64,000 nucleotides of DNA from an uncultured Solirubrobacterales bacterium (GCA_963748585.1 CAVVJR010000002.1:8468-72467), one strand, 5' to 3'; shown: positions 1 through 11,619, counted from the first letter of the stretch. A program made the numbers and translations. Notes: generated from the sequence alone by a model not told the origin.

Positions 1-173
1 TTTTTTAGTGTTTCAAACGGTGGAATGCCCGTCCAATGCGGAAATCGCGGCGGCCAGAACGTCTCTTGGTGGTTGTCGATGAAGATAGACTTGGCAATGG
101 CCAGCACTATCCCGACGATGACGACCACGACCATCATGCGTCGGACTGTGACCCGATGGTGGGGAAGTTTAAT
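1..173 (-). CDS. partial small membrane protein with planctomycete-type N-terminus (runs off window start)
   Basis: Reverse strand reads KLPHHRVTVRRMMVVVVIVGIVLAIAK, resembling the R.TVRRMM.VAIV N-termini common in Isosphaeraceae small proteins; start codon unclear. Confidence 0.4.
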   Translation of the reverse strand, partial: MKLPHHRVTVRRMMVVVVIVGIVLAIAKSIFIDNHQETFWPPRFPHWTGIPPFETLK

Positions 174-297
174 GGCCAGGGCACCGATGGGCTTGGCTAG
201 CAAAAGTGTTCTCTACTCCAACCGCTCCGGTTCAGGTCCGACCTGATTTGATCGGGCGTCCCAGGGCGGGGACTGGCTCGCGCCGGGATCTGATACG

Positions 298-3200
298 TCA
301 CTCCGCCCCGCCCGCCCCGGTGGTCCGGACCCAGATCGGGCTCCCCCAGGCGATCTCGCCGTCTTCCTGGAGGACCCGGACGTAGTACCAGCTCAGGCCG
401 GGGCCTCGCTTCTCCTCGTCGAGCCACTCGAACTCGACCCGGGCCGTCTTGGGCTCGGTCGAGTAGACGTAGACGAAATCCTTGATGACGTCCACCCGCG
501 CGATCGGCGCGGTGCCGTGGGCCATGACCTTGAGGCGGACCGGGCCGTCGGCGGTGAACTCGTCGCCCATGATGTGCTCGCCCGAGCGGACGTCGAGGAC
601 GATGTTGTCGGTCGCCCCGTAGCAGTGCCGCTTCTGGAAGGCGTCGAAGATCGCCTCGCGCGAGCGGTCCTCGGCCAGGGCGACGGCGTAGCTGATGTGG
701 GTGCTGATGTGGTCGCTGCTGGCCTGGAAGCCGAGGCGGTACTGCATCGACAGGGCGTTCCAGACCATCCCCAGCGGCTTCCAGCCGCCGATCGACTCGC
801 CGGGCCGCCGGGCCACCCGGGGGGCGCCGAGGTGCTCGTAGGACTGGCGGTGCCCCTGGAAGATCTCGACGATCGGCTCGACCTTCGGGTCGTTGTCGCG
901 CCAGTCGGTCCCCATCCCGGTGGCCGAGGTGTGCGAGGCGCAGAGGCCGCCGAGGGCGTTCAGGTAGTCGTAGAGCATCTTGGTGTCGGCGTCCGCCACG
1001 CCCTTGGCGTCGACCAGCCGGGGGAGGGTCCGGACGCCCCGCCTCGGGAACATCACGTTGCGGTGCCCGCCGGGATAGGCGACGCTCCGCTCATAGGTGT
1101 ACATCGGCACGAAGTTCGGGGCCTGGTGGTAGAGGTCGGTCGTCTTCTGGATCAGCCACCAGGTGTATTCCTTGCCGCCGCCGTTGTCGTGGTCGCCGTT
1201 GCCGATCCAGTCGAGGTGGGCGGCGTCGAGGGCGTATCGCCACATGTCTTCGAGCGACCCGTCGGAGCCGCCGTCCATGCGAGATCTCGGTGTGCCGGTG
1301 GAACTCGCCCCGGAGGAGCTGATAGGTCTTGCCGCCGGCCTTGACCCGATAGTCGCGCATCCGGGCGATGTCGGCCGCCTCGTCGGGGTGGATCGGGCGG
1401 CGAGGCGTTCGGCCGCGGCGGGCTCGCGGAGGACGGGCTCGGCGGCCTTGACGGGCGAGGTGAGCGCGGCGACCTCGAGGTCGTTGTCGACCACGCCCTC
1501 GGGCGTCCCGGAGTGGGTGTAGTAGCGGCGCTGGAGCTCGGGGGTCGGACTCGACCTCGCGGCGGAGCCGGCCGTCGGTGCTGTAGAAGGCGAGGACCGG
1601 GCCGTCGGCGGTCGGCACCAGGGCCGGGCGGTTGTCGAGCAGGTTGTCGCTCCGGGGGAGGAGCCGGGGCGTCGACCAGGCGTCGCCTTCGAGGGCCGTG
1701 GCGTACTCGACCCAGACGCCGCCGACGACCATCACCGTGTTGTTGCCCCAGATGGCCTCCTGGCGGTGGCGGAAGGCCAGCCAGGGGCGGCCGTCGCGGT
1801 CGATCGGCCAGCCGGGGGTAGCTGTTCATGACCTTGACCAGGTCGCCCGCCTTCGCCACCGGGTCGGGGGCGGGCAGGACCCGCCGGCCGTCGACGCACG
1901 GCGACCCGGACGGCCGACTCGCGGTAGAGGCTCGACCCCTTGCCGTCGACCAGGTTCTCGGCGTCCTTGCCCCAGTTCGGCGGTCCGCTCCTCGTAGGCG
2001 ACCCAGGCCCGCCCGCGAGGGTCGACCGCGATCGAGGGCCGGGCCTCGAACCGGTCGCGAGCCGGCCACGACGACCGGCTCGCCGAGCTTGCCGTCGGGC
2101 TCGACGGTCCGCAGGATCACGTCATGGTTCCCCGATCGGTACGAGTCGAACGCGACGTGGACCCGGCCGTCCCGGCCGATCGCGATCGACGGGGACCACT
2201 CGTTGGCCGGCGAGTCGCCCACGACGATCGACCGCCTTCGGCGATCGTCGACCGGGGCGAGCCGGATGTCGGCCTGGCCCTCGTCCCAGGCCTGCCAGGC
2301 GATCCAGACCTTGCCGTCGGGCCCGGCGGCCAGCACGACGTCGGCATTGGGGCCGGGGCCGTCGGTCAGGATCCGGGTGGCCGGAGGACGAGCCGCCCTG
2401 GGCGTCGAAGGTCCGCGAGAGGATCTGCCATCGGCCTTCGACGTTCTCCGACCAGGCGACGACCACCTTCGAGCCCGACGCCGCGACGCTCGGCCGCCAG
2501 ACGTCCCGGCCCGGCCCGGTCACGTCGATCGGCTCGCCGACGACCTTCCCGCCCTTGAAGGCGACGAGCTTGATCTGGTCGCCGCCCCCTTCGGGGACGT
2601 AGCTCGCGAAGTCCTTGGGACGCTCGCGTGAGCGCCTCCGAGATCGGCCGGCCCTCGCGGGCGAGTGGACGACGTAGGCGACCCAGGTGGTCCCGTCGAC
2701 CTCGGCCGAGGCGGCGGGGAAGTCCTCCTGGTCGGGGCCGTCGGCCAGGGCGACGACCGGCGGGACGCGCTGGGCGGCGACCCGGCCGTTGAGGTAGCGG
2801 CGGATCGAGCCGTCGGCCAGGTCGGCGAGCGGGACGGCGAAGTTCCCCTGCTCGGTCTCGACGTCGAGGGTGGCGTCGCCCGGGGCACCGGAGGGTGACG
2901 AGCACGCCGTTGGGCGTGATCGCCGCCGCCGAAGGTGCTCGGCCCGGTCGCGGCCTTCTTGTTCGCGGCCGCCTTCTTGTTGGCCACCTTGCGGATCGTG
3001 AGGCTCTTGGCCTCCCAGCGCGTCGGCCCCCTGGCCCGGTCGCCCCGGCGGAACCGGGCCCCCTCGACGCCGACGACCTCGCCCCGGTCGACCTTGACCC
3101 GCCCGCCCCAGGGCGTCACCGCCTCGTCGCCGACGCCCAGCACCAGCCGGACCGCGACGAGCGAGGGGTCGAGCGTCCGACGCTCGGGCGGGTCGGTCAC

Positions 3201-3308
3201 CTTCGGCGGGACGACCGGCGTCTCGTCCGGCCGCTGGCCCCAGACCGCCGGGGCCGCCAGCACGGCCAGGAGGGTCGGCAGGAGGGCGAGGGCTCGCTTG
3301 GGTCGCAT
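298..3308 (-). CDS. large secreted protein: N-terminal repeat (TolB/propeller-like) region plus C-terminal PHP-like (DUF3604/CehA-McbA-like) metallohydrolase domain; multiple frameshifts
   Basis: Signal peptide MRPKRALALLPTLLAVLAAPAVWG at 3308; repeats such as NEWSPSIAIGRDGRVHVAFDSY; metal motifs GEFHRHTE, GDHD, GHRN, ASHT, SSDH; ends in WYYVRVLQEDGEIAWGSPIWV; pieces lie in several frames. Confidence 0.7.
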
Positions 3309-3362
3309 GGGAGAGGTCCTTGGGTGCCTATGACATGAACGCTGCATTTCATCGATATCTGG

Positions 3363-3493
3363 CTCCCTCTCCCCTTGGGAGAGGGCCGGGGTGAGGGGCG
3401 TGGCCGGTCCGGCGATGTCCATCGGAGCCATGTCCGAGAGCCATCGGTCGGGCCATGACCCTCACCCCAGCCCTCTCCCAGGGGGAGAGGGAG
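3363..3493. repeat. inverted pair of REP-like palindromic elements (3363-3397 and 3459-3493)
   Basis: ctccctctccccttgggagagggccggggtgaggg and its reverse complement (2 mismatches), each with an internal CCCTCTCCC/GGGAGAGGG hairpin; intergenic. Confidence 0.8.
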
Positions 3494-3520
3494 GCAGAAA
3501 GTCGGATCCGAGGGAAGGCG

Positions 3521-4091
3521 TCACTCCATCGGCGGCTCCTCCTCGCCCGCCGGCGTCTCGACCGGCACCGGCACGCCTTCGGGCTCCCGGTAGCTGGCGG
3601 GGGTCCCGAACCTGGCCTGGGGCCGGTGGGCCCGGACGGTCTCGACGTCGGCGACGAGCCAGCCCCCGTCGGACCGTTCGAGGCGGTAGGTCTGCCGCTC
3701 GTTGCGGTCGGGATAGACCGCCTCGACGACGACCCTCGCGGCGTCGGGGCCGTCGGCCTCGGGGGCGAAGACGGCGTGGCTCTTGCGGGCCCTGGCGGCG
3801 GCCCGGAGGGACTCGGCGAAGGCCGCCCGCCCCTTCTCGTCGGCCTCGCGCTCGAGCCTCGCCCGGAGCGCCGGGGCGAAGGCGGCGAGGTAGGCCGGCA
3901 CGTCCCCCGCCGAGGCGTCGGCCAGCAGCGCGCGGACCCGGGCCTCGGGGCCCGGCGAGCGGGTCGGGGGCCTCCGACGACGGAGGTCGGCGAGCGCTCG
4001 ATCCGCGCCCGGCGCCGGGGCTCCGCAGGCCCGAGCGGATCAGGAGGCCCATCAGGGCGACGGTCAGGAGCCCGGCGAGCAGTCGCTTCAT
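3521..4091 (-). CDS. membrane-anchored hypothetical protein (possibly NTF2-like fold), frameshifted
   Basis: MKRLLAGLLTVALMGLLIRSG at 4091, continuing in another frame as GDVPAYLAAFAPALR...ARVVVEAVYPDRNERQTYRLERSDGGWLVADVE. Confidence 0.65.
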
Positions 4092-5037
4092 CGTCCGGCG
4101 TCTCCCTTCGGCTTCGGCGGCCGGCCGCCTCGTCGGCGAACAGGCTGAGGTCGACCGCCTCGCCCTGGCCGACGACGACCTTGCGGCCGAGCCTCGGGCA
4201 GGAGGTCGGCGAGCAGTTCGAGGTAGAGCCGGCGGCGGGTGGCGTCGGGGGCCTTGCTCGACTCGGCGAGGACCTTGGAGAAGCGGTCGGCCTCGCCCCG
4301 GGCGACCCGCGTCGGCGCGGTCGACCCGGGCGGCCGCGCGGTCGGCGATCTCGCGGGAGCGGCCCCGGGCGTCGGCCTCGGCCCGCTCGCGGTACTCCTC
4401 GGCCCGGGTGACGGCCTGGCGGCGGTCGCTCCGGGCCCGGTCGGCGTCGGCGAAGGCCGGGGCCACGGCGACCGGCGGCGCGACCCGGCCGAGCCGGACG
4501 GCCCGGATCGAGACGCCCAGGCCCGCGCGGTCGGCCTCGCCCTGGATCGCGGCCTGCATCGCCTCGGCGACCTCGGCCCGGCCGGTCGTCAGCACGTCGT
4601 CGACCCCCCGGCGGGCCAGGCGCCTGGGTCAGGGCCGACTCGGTCGCCAGCGCCAGCGCGGCGTCGACCGAGTCGGCGGCGAACAGGTAGGCGACGGGGT
4701 CGGCCACCCGGTACTGGAGCGTCGCCTCGGCGGCGACGAGGTTGCGGTCGCCGGTCAGGCGGTCGTCCCCCTCGGGGTCGGGCGACCGGGACAGCGGCGC
4801 GGCGTTCGAGCCCGGGGCGCCGACGGTCAGGGTCCGGGCCTGGCCCACCTTGACGCGGTCAACCCGGTCGAGCCCCCAGGGCAGGCCCCAGTGCAGGCCC
4901 GGCTCCCAGGGCTCGCGGAGGACCGCGCCGAACCGGCGGACCACCCCCACCTCGTCCTGCCCCACCACCGCCAGGCCCGAGGCCAGGTAGGCGAGGACGG
5001 GCAGGATCCCGAGGCCGATCCCGATCCGTCGACGCAT
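4088..5037 (-). CDS. hflK: HflK-like SPFH/band-7 membrane protein (frameshifted)
   Basis: TM followed by GLAVVGQDEVGVVRRFG...EPGLHWGLPWGLDRV, LTGDRNLV, VAPPVAVAPAFAD, coiled-coil RAEEYRERAEADARG. Confidence 0.8.
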
Positions 5038-6054
5038 CAGCGGCCCCCTTCCGGCGCGGTCGAGGCCGAGGACGGGCGTCGGCGATCGGGGCTCGTCCGG
5101 GGCCTGGCGGCGACGGGCGAGTCGGCGGGCTTCGGCCTCGGGCAGCCCCTGGGTGAGGAGCTTGAGGAAGGCGCTCTCGGCCGAGAGGACCAGGGTGGTC
5201 CGGCCGTCGAGGGCCGACCGGTAGGTGTCGAGGGTCTTGAGGAACTGGTAGAACGCCGGGTCGGCGGAGTGGGCCTCGTTGGCGATCCGGGTGGCCGTCG
5301 GCCTCCCCCTCGCCGACGAGCCGGGCGGCGTCGGCCTCGGCCTCGGCGACGGCCCTGGACCGCTCGCGGTCGGCGGCGCTCCGGATGGCCCGGGCCTGGC
5401 TCTCGCCCTCGGCGCGGGTGGCCGCCGCGACCCGTCGACGCTCGCTCCGGATCTGCTCGAAGACCGCCTCGCGGACCTCGGCCGGATAGTTCAGGCGGCG
5501 GAGCCGGACGTCGGCGACCGCCAGGCCATACTCGCGCCTGGCCTGGTCGGCGACCCGGCCGGTCACGCCCGCCATCAGCGGCCCGAGCGCCGAGCCGTCG
5601 CCGACCCGGACCAGGTCGGCCAGGTCGCGCCCGCCCAGCTCGGCGGCGAGGACCGAGGCGACCATGTCCTCCAGCCGGGCCGAGGCGTCGGCCGGGGTCC
5701 GGACGGTGGTCAGGAACCGCTCGACGTCGACGATCCGCCAGCCGACGTACCAGGCGACCTCCAGGTTCTTCTTGTCCCTCGTCAGCATCTCGCGGGGCGG
5801 AGGGGCCCCGAACTGGAGCCGGCGGTCGAACCCCCGGCGGCTCTGGTGCGGCCACTTCCGGTAGAGCCCCGGCTCCGTCAGCAGGCCGGACCGGCCGGCC
5901 GAACTCGGTGATATAGACCATCTCGGCCTGGTCGACGATCACGACCGACCGGGCCGCCGCGATCGCGCGAGCAGCAGGACGAGGCCGACCGCCAGGGCGA
6001 GCCTGGAGGCCGTCGGCGCGGGGGGTGGGGGTGTTCGTGGAGAGGTTGATGCAT
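5037..6054 (-). CDS. hflC: HflC-like SPFH membrane protein (frameshifted)
   Basis: VIVDQAEMVYITEFGRPV, MLTRDKKNLEVAWYVGWRIVD, VRLRRLNYP..VFEQIRSER, DPAFYQFLKTLDTY (HflC hallmarks); stop overlaps the next start (TGATG). Confidence 0.85.
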
Positions 6055-6720
6055 GCGGGCGGTCCGTTGTGGTTGTCACTGTCGCGTGGAGATCTTCCCT
6101 GGCTCCCGCTCTTTGGGGGAGGGTTGGGTATTCCAGAACCTCAAGACCCGAAATCCTTGTGCGTTCAGCCAGGCCGTCCGAGGCTGTCCCGTCGACGCGG
6201 TGTGGCCTCCGTCCGCTCGAGATCGCTTTGGTTCCATGCAGCCTCGGATCGTGACTGGAATTCAGATGGCACAGATGGATTCGCGGTTAAGTCCATCGGC
6301 TCTTCGAAGACTTGCATAATTCCGAAGCTCGAGACCGGACCCTACAGTCCACGGCGTCAGCCATTGTCCATCGATCGACGGCATGCTGGCCCCCGTCGAG
6401 TTCCACGATCACCTGGATCAAAGCAGACGAAATCGACGATGTAATCGCCGATCGGCGCTCCTCAGCGGACTTCCGCGTCGAATCGCCAGGCTTGAGTATA
6501 CCAGAGCCGTCGCTCGACGTCGGTCATGGCCTGCGGAGCTGACGAGCGATCCGGCCACGGTAGCCCTCTCGAACCTCCGCCACGGAGGAGGGTGTCAGAT
6601 GAATCGACTCGGCTGCCGTCATGGGCTCGCGGCTGATCAGCAGCCTCGGCTCGTCGGCCTTCGAGCGTCCGCAGGTGCAGCGGAGCGCTGAGCGGTCGCA
6701 GCCGCGGAGCTGTCATCCGG

Positions 6721-7303
6721 TCACGCCGGGTCGTCGAGTCCGCTCGCTCGGCGGCGCGGATGCCAGGGCAGCTCAGTGGCGTCGATCGGCGTCGGCCCGT
6801 CGCGGATGTCGCCGAGCTTGGTCGAACTTCGCGCCGGGGAAGGCCGTCTCCGGGCCGACGATCGCGACGTAGCTCGTCAGGGTCGGCCCGCAGACCCGGC
6901 TCGGGCAGTCGTAGACGTTCGGCCGCTGGTCGAGCAGCTTCCGGTTGTTCGGCCCGTCCCAGGGCTCGGCCATGCTGTAGGCGTTGTAGAGCGAGGATTG
7001 CTCCATGAACGGGAGGATCAGGACCCGCCAGCGAGTGCATCGGCTTGCCGGTCGCGTCGGCGACGTAGGCCGGCGGGAAGCTGCCGTAGGCATCGTGGTA
7101 GTTGAGCAGCGCCATCTTGATCTGCAGAGATTGCAGAGGCACTGGCTGGCCCTGGCCGCCTCCCGGGCCTGATGGACGGCGCGACGCCAGCAGGCCGACC
7201 AGCCCGCCGACGACCAGCACCACGGCCATCAGCGTCGTCACGCGGAACCCCGCGACGAGGCGGGCGCGGCTGGGTCGTCGGGGATCGATTCGATGTCGCT
7301 CAC
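6721..7303 (-). CDS. DUF1559 family protein (planctomycete-typical), frameshifted and apparently shortened at the C-terminus
   Basis: LQIKMALLNYHDAYGSFPPAYVADATGKPMHS/WRVLILPFMEQSSLYNAYSMAEPWDGPNN; end position approximate. Confidence 0.75.
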
Positions 7304-7331
7304 GAGGATCACCTCTTCGATCGACGCCGGT

Positions 7332-10300
7332 TCAATCGATCGCCTCGTCGAGCATCGCCGGCGCCGGCTCGGCGGCCAGGGGCCTGGCCAGGTTGAAGCG
7401 CTCGGGGTCGGCGAGCCAGAGGTGGCGGCGGCCGGCGGCCCGGGGGTCGAGGATCACCTTGGGTCGGCCGGCGTAGGTGGCCCCGAGGGTGTCCCAGAGG
7501 AGGCGGAACTCGGTCAGGTCGGGCCGCTCGGCGTGGGCGGGCTGGCGGGCGAGGAAGGCCTTGCGGTCGCCCTCGGCCCGGGCCTTCAGGCGGGCGGATT
7601 CGGCGTCGGCGAGGTCCCGGCGGGCGGCGGCCTCGGCCTTGGCGGCCCATCGCTGCTCGGCGGCGAAGGCCTCGGCGTCGTTGCGGAACCGCTCGACGTC
7701 GGAGACGGCCGCCGAGACGTCGCGATAGGCCGGGACGACCTCGCGAGGGGGGTGGGCGTCGACCACCCGGACGTGGTCGACCGCGACCGTCACCCCCGAC
7801 GCCTCCAGCCGCTCGCGGAGCCCCCGGGCGACCTCGGCCTCCAGCTCGCCGGCGACGGCCGACCAGGATCGAGGCGGAGGGGGTCCGGAGGATCGCGTCG
7901 CGGAAGCTCGCCTCGGCCGAGGCGGCGACCGCCCCCTCGACGTCGGCCTGCTCGAACAGGAGGCCGGGCACGCCCTCGCGGGTGACCCGGTACTCGACCA
8001 CGCCGGCCAGCTCGACCAGGTCCTCGTCGCCGGTCAGGAACAGCGCCTCGTCGGCCCGGCGGGTCCCGTGGGTGGCGTTCCACGCGACCGGCCCGGCGCC
8101 CGAGGCGGTCGCCAGGCCGACCCTCGCGACCCGGGCGCGGTCGGGCTCGACCAGCGTCACGACCTCCCAGGGCGGCGGGAGCCGGAGGTGCAGGCCCGGC
8201 TCCAGGAGCGGGGCGACGTACCGGCCGCTCCGCCGGAGCGCCCCGACCTGGTCCGGCCCGATCGCCACGACCCCCGAGCCGAGGTAGGCCAGCAAGGCCA
8301 GGCCCGCGAGCGTCGCCAGGATCGGCCTTCGCCTCCGATAGACCCAGTCGCCCAGGTCCGAAGGCCGGCAGCTCCGGCAGGCGACGACGAACCGTCGGGC
8401 GGCCGTCGCGAGCCGGCCTTCGAAGCCGAGCAGGCGGAGGGCGTTGAGCAGGACCAGGAGCGAGCCGATCTGGTGGAAGATCGCCGCGGCGACCGGGCCC
8501 AGGACCCGGAGCCCGGCCAGGACGACGGCCAGGGCGTTCAGGCCGAAGGCGAAGATCAGGATGTTCTGGCGGATCACCCGGACCGTCTGCCGGGCCAGCG
8601 CGATCGCGCCCGGGAGCGGGGCGAGCGGGTCGCCGAGCAGGACGATCGAGCCGGCCTCGGCCGCGAGGTCCGAGCCCGCGCCGCCGATCGCGATCCCGAC
8701 GTCGGCCAGGGCCAGCGCGGGGGCGTCGTTGATCCCGTCGCCGACCATCGCGACGACCCGCCCCTCGGCCTGGCGGCGCCGGACCCACTCGGCCTTGTCG
8801 GCGGGCGTCAGCTCGGCCTCGACGGCCTTCAGATGGACCTTCTTCGCCACGGCGCAGGGCCGGCGCGGGCCGGTCGCCGGTGAGGATCGTCTGGTCCTTG
8901 AGGCCGAGGTGCTTCAGGTCGTGGACGACGTCGTGGGCCTCGCGGCGGACCTTGTCCCGGGCGCCGATCGCCCCGATCGCCCGGCCGTCGACGGCGACGA
9001 TCAGGGCGGTCTGCCCGGCGTCGTCGAGCCGCTTCAGGGCCGCCTCGATCGCCTCGGGGATCTCGACCCCGCGCTCGCAGGCAGAGCCGGCGGTTGCCGA
9101 CGAGGACGTCGCCCTCGTCGGCCCGGGCCGAGACCCCCGCGCCGGGCTGGGCCTGGAAGTCGCGGACCTCGGGGAGCGCGAGCCCCCGGGCCGCGGCCTC
9201 GGCGACGAGCAGGCGGGCGAGCGGGTGCTCGCTCGGGCCTCTCGGCGGCGGCGGCCAGGCGGAGCATCGCGTCGAGCGTCCAGCCTTCGACCGTGACCAG
9301 CTCGCCGGGCTCGGGCCGGCCTTCGGTCAGGGTGCCCGGTCTTGTCGAAGGCCAGGGCGTCGACCTTCGCCAGCCGCTCCAGGGCCGCGCCCCCCTTGAC
9401 CAGGACCCCCCGGCGGGCGAGCCGGGCCGTCGCCGCCAGGACGGCCGCCGGGCGTGGCCAGGATCAGGGCGCACGGGCAGGCCACGACCAGCACGGCCAG
9501 GGCGGGCATCACGTCGATCGGCCGGGGGTCGGTCGAGCCGGTGGCCCGCCGATAGAGGCTCGAGGCGTTGGTGATCGCGAAGACGACGGCCGCCGCGATC
9601 AGCACGGCGGGCAGGAACCGCCGGGCGTAGCGGTCGGCCGTCCGCTCGATCGGCGAGCGGTTCTTCTGGGCCTCGGCCAGGAGGCGGACGACCCGGCCCA
9701 GGGTGGTCTCGGCCCCGACCTTGTCGGCCCGGACGACCAGCCGGCCGAAGCGGTTGACCGTCCCGGTGAAGACGGGGTCGCCCTCGCCCTTGTCGACCGG
9801 CATCGACTCGCCCGTCAGGGCCGCCTGGTCGACCGCCGACCGCCCCTCGACGACCGTGCCGTCGGCGGCGATCCGCTCGCCGGGCCGGACCACGATGACG
9901 TCGCCGACGACCAGGGTCGCGGCCTCGACCTCGACCTCCTCGCCGTCCCGGAGGACCCGGGCGGTCCGGGGGCGGAGGTCGAAGAGGCCCTGGATGTTCC
10001 GCCTGGCCCGCTCGAAGGTGAACAGCTCCAGGCACTCGCCGAACAGGGCGATGAAGACGACCTCGGCCGCGACGAAGTATTCGCCCAGGATCGCCGCCGC
10101 CACGCAGGCGACCGCCAGGGCGATGTCGGCCCCGATCGACCCCTCGAAGAGCGCGGCCAGGGCGAGGTAGACCACCCGGCCGCCGCCGATCACCGCCGCC
10201 GCCAGGGCCAGGGGGACCCCGAACGGCCGACGCCACTCCGGGGCCCAGGCCCCGAAGGCCAGGTCGAGCCCGAGCAGGAGCGCCGACGACCACCGTCGTC

Positions 10301-10429
10301 GCCACCAGGGCCCGGCGCTCGGCGTCGTGGTCGTGGCGGGGGGTGGTCGTGGTCGTGATGGTGGTGCGTCGACCCGTCGGCGACGACGTGGCCCTCGGCC
10401 ATCAGGGCCGGCTCGAACGCGCGATGCAT
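7332..10429 (-). CDS. heavy-metal P1B-type ATPase fused to a C-terminal HflK-like SPFH domain (several frameshifts)
   Basis: His-rich N-terminus; LTGES; VVACPCAL; DKTGT (across a frameshift); [11 protein letters not shown]; then in the same frame [20 protein letters not shown]...[19 protein letters not shown], and later [16 protein letters not shown]. Confidence 0.85.
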
Positions 10430-10777
10430 GGCGTGGCGATCCCGGAGCGGCTCGATCCCGATCCACTCGGTCGGGAATTGCCTCCCAGGGTGTCCGACCG
10501 AGGCCCCCGCGTCAAGCACCCGGTCGCCCTCGGGCCTCCTCGACCGCATCGGGCGGCCCGGCCTCGCGGGCGATCGCATCTGACGATTCTCCGCCGATTT
10601 CGCCGGAATCCGCGCCAGGTCGCCCGACCTGTCCTAGGGTCATACAGGCGATGGGCCACCGGTCGGCCGCCCGGGCATGGCACGCGGGCCGGTCGATCCA
10701 CGACGCGAGGGGTCAACGGAGACCCCGCAATCCCGACGACGGACAGGTCTTCCGCGACTACACGGAGATGGTGTCGC

Positions 10778-11458
10778 ATGTTGCTCTTCGAACGCGATCG
10801 TGGCTCGGACGTGGACGGCGGACCCGGGCCGCCGGCGGTTCGAGGCCGGCGTCGAGGGGATGGAGGGGCGGCGGTTGCTGACCGGCTCCGGGGCGACGAT
10901 CTTCCTGTCCGGCACGACGGTCGAGGTCTTCGGGACCAACCTCGGGGACACCGGGTCGGTCGCCATCAAGAACGGCTCGGTGGACGTCAAGGTCTCGAAC
11001 GGCCAGGGGAGCGACGACGTCCTGTTCCCGGCCTCGCAGGTCGGCGCGATCGAGTACTTCGGCGGCAGCGGCAACAACACGTTCACCAACACGACGTCGT
11101 TGACCGGCTACCTCTACGGCGGATCGGGCAACAACGTCCTGACCGGCGGGTCGGGCATCGATTTCCTGTTCGCCACCAGCGGCGGGACGAACGTCCTCAA
11201 CGCCGGCTCGGGCTTCGAGATCCTCGAGGCGATCGGCAGCGGCACCAACACCCTGAATCGGGGGGAGCGGCTACGACACGATGATCGCGTCTCGCGGGCA
11301 ACAACCACCTCGTCGGGGGCACGGGTTACGACTCCATCCTCGCCTTCGGCGGCCAGAACATCATCGACGGCGGGCCCGGCTACGCGACCGTGTACAGCTT
11401 CTCGAGCACGGACGTCATCCACCCGAACGCCCGGATGACCGTCTATCACTTCGGCTGA
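10778..11458 (+). CDS. planctomycete extracellular protein with LEPRxLL-type N-terminal motif and RTX-like Gly-rich repeats (frameshifted)
   Basis: RRRFEAGVEGMEGRRLLT followed by GGSGNNTF, GGSGNNVL, GGSGIDFL, AGSGFEIL. Confidence 0.75.
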
Positions 11459-11619
11459 TGATCGGCTCGATCGACGGCGGAGGTATGCCGATGCGGACGA
11501 TGATCGACGGGCGACTGGTAATCTCCACTCGACGGTCGACGTCGTCGTGCAGCGGCGGCCTGGCAGCGAGAGCGGATCGGACGATGGCATTGGCCCTCGC
11601 CACCGTCGAAGATTGCAGC

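Noticed and set aside
25-246. 73-aa plus-strand ORF
   Set aside because: The opposite strand gives a more plausible hydrophobic planctomycete-type N-terminus
3391-5916. 841-aa plus-strand ORF (likewise 33311..35098, 39331..41028, 43585..44931, 62465..63961)
   Set aside because: Low-complexity or antisense translations opposite well-supported genes; long shadow ORFs are expected at this GC content
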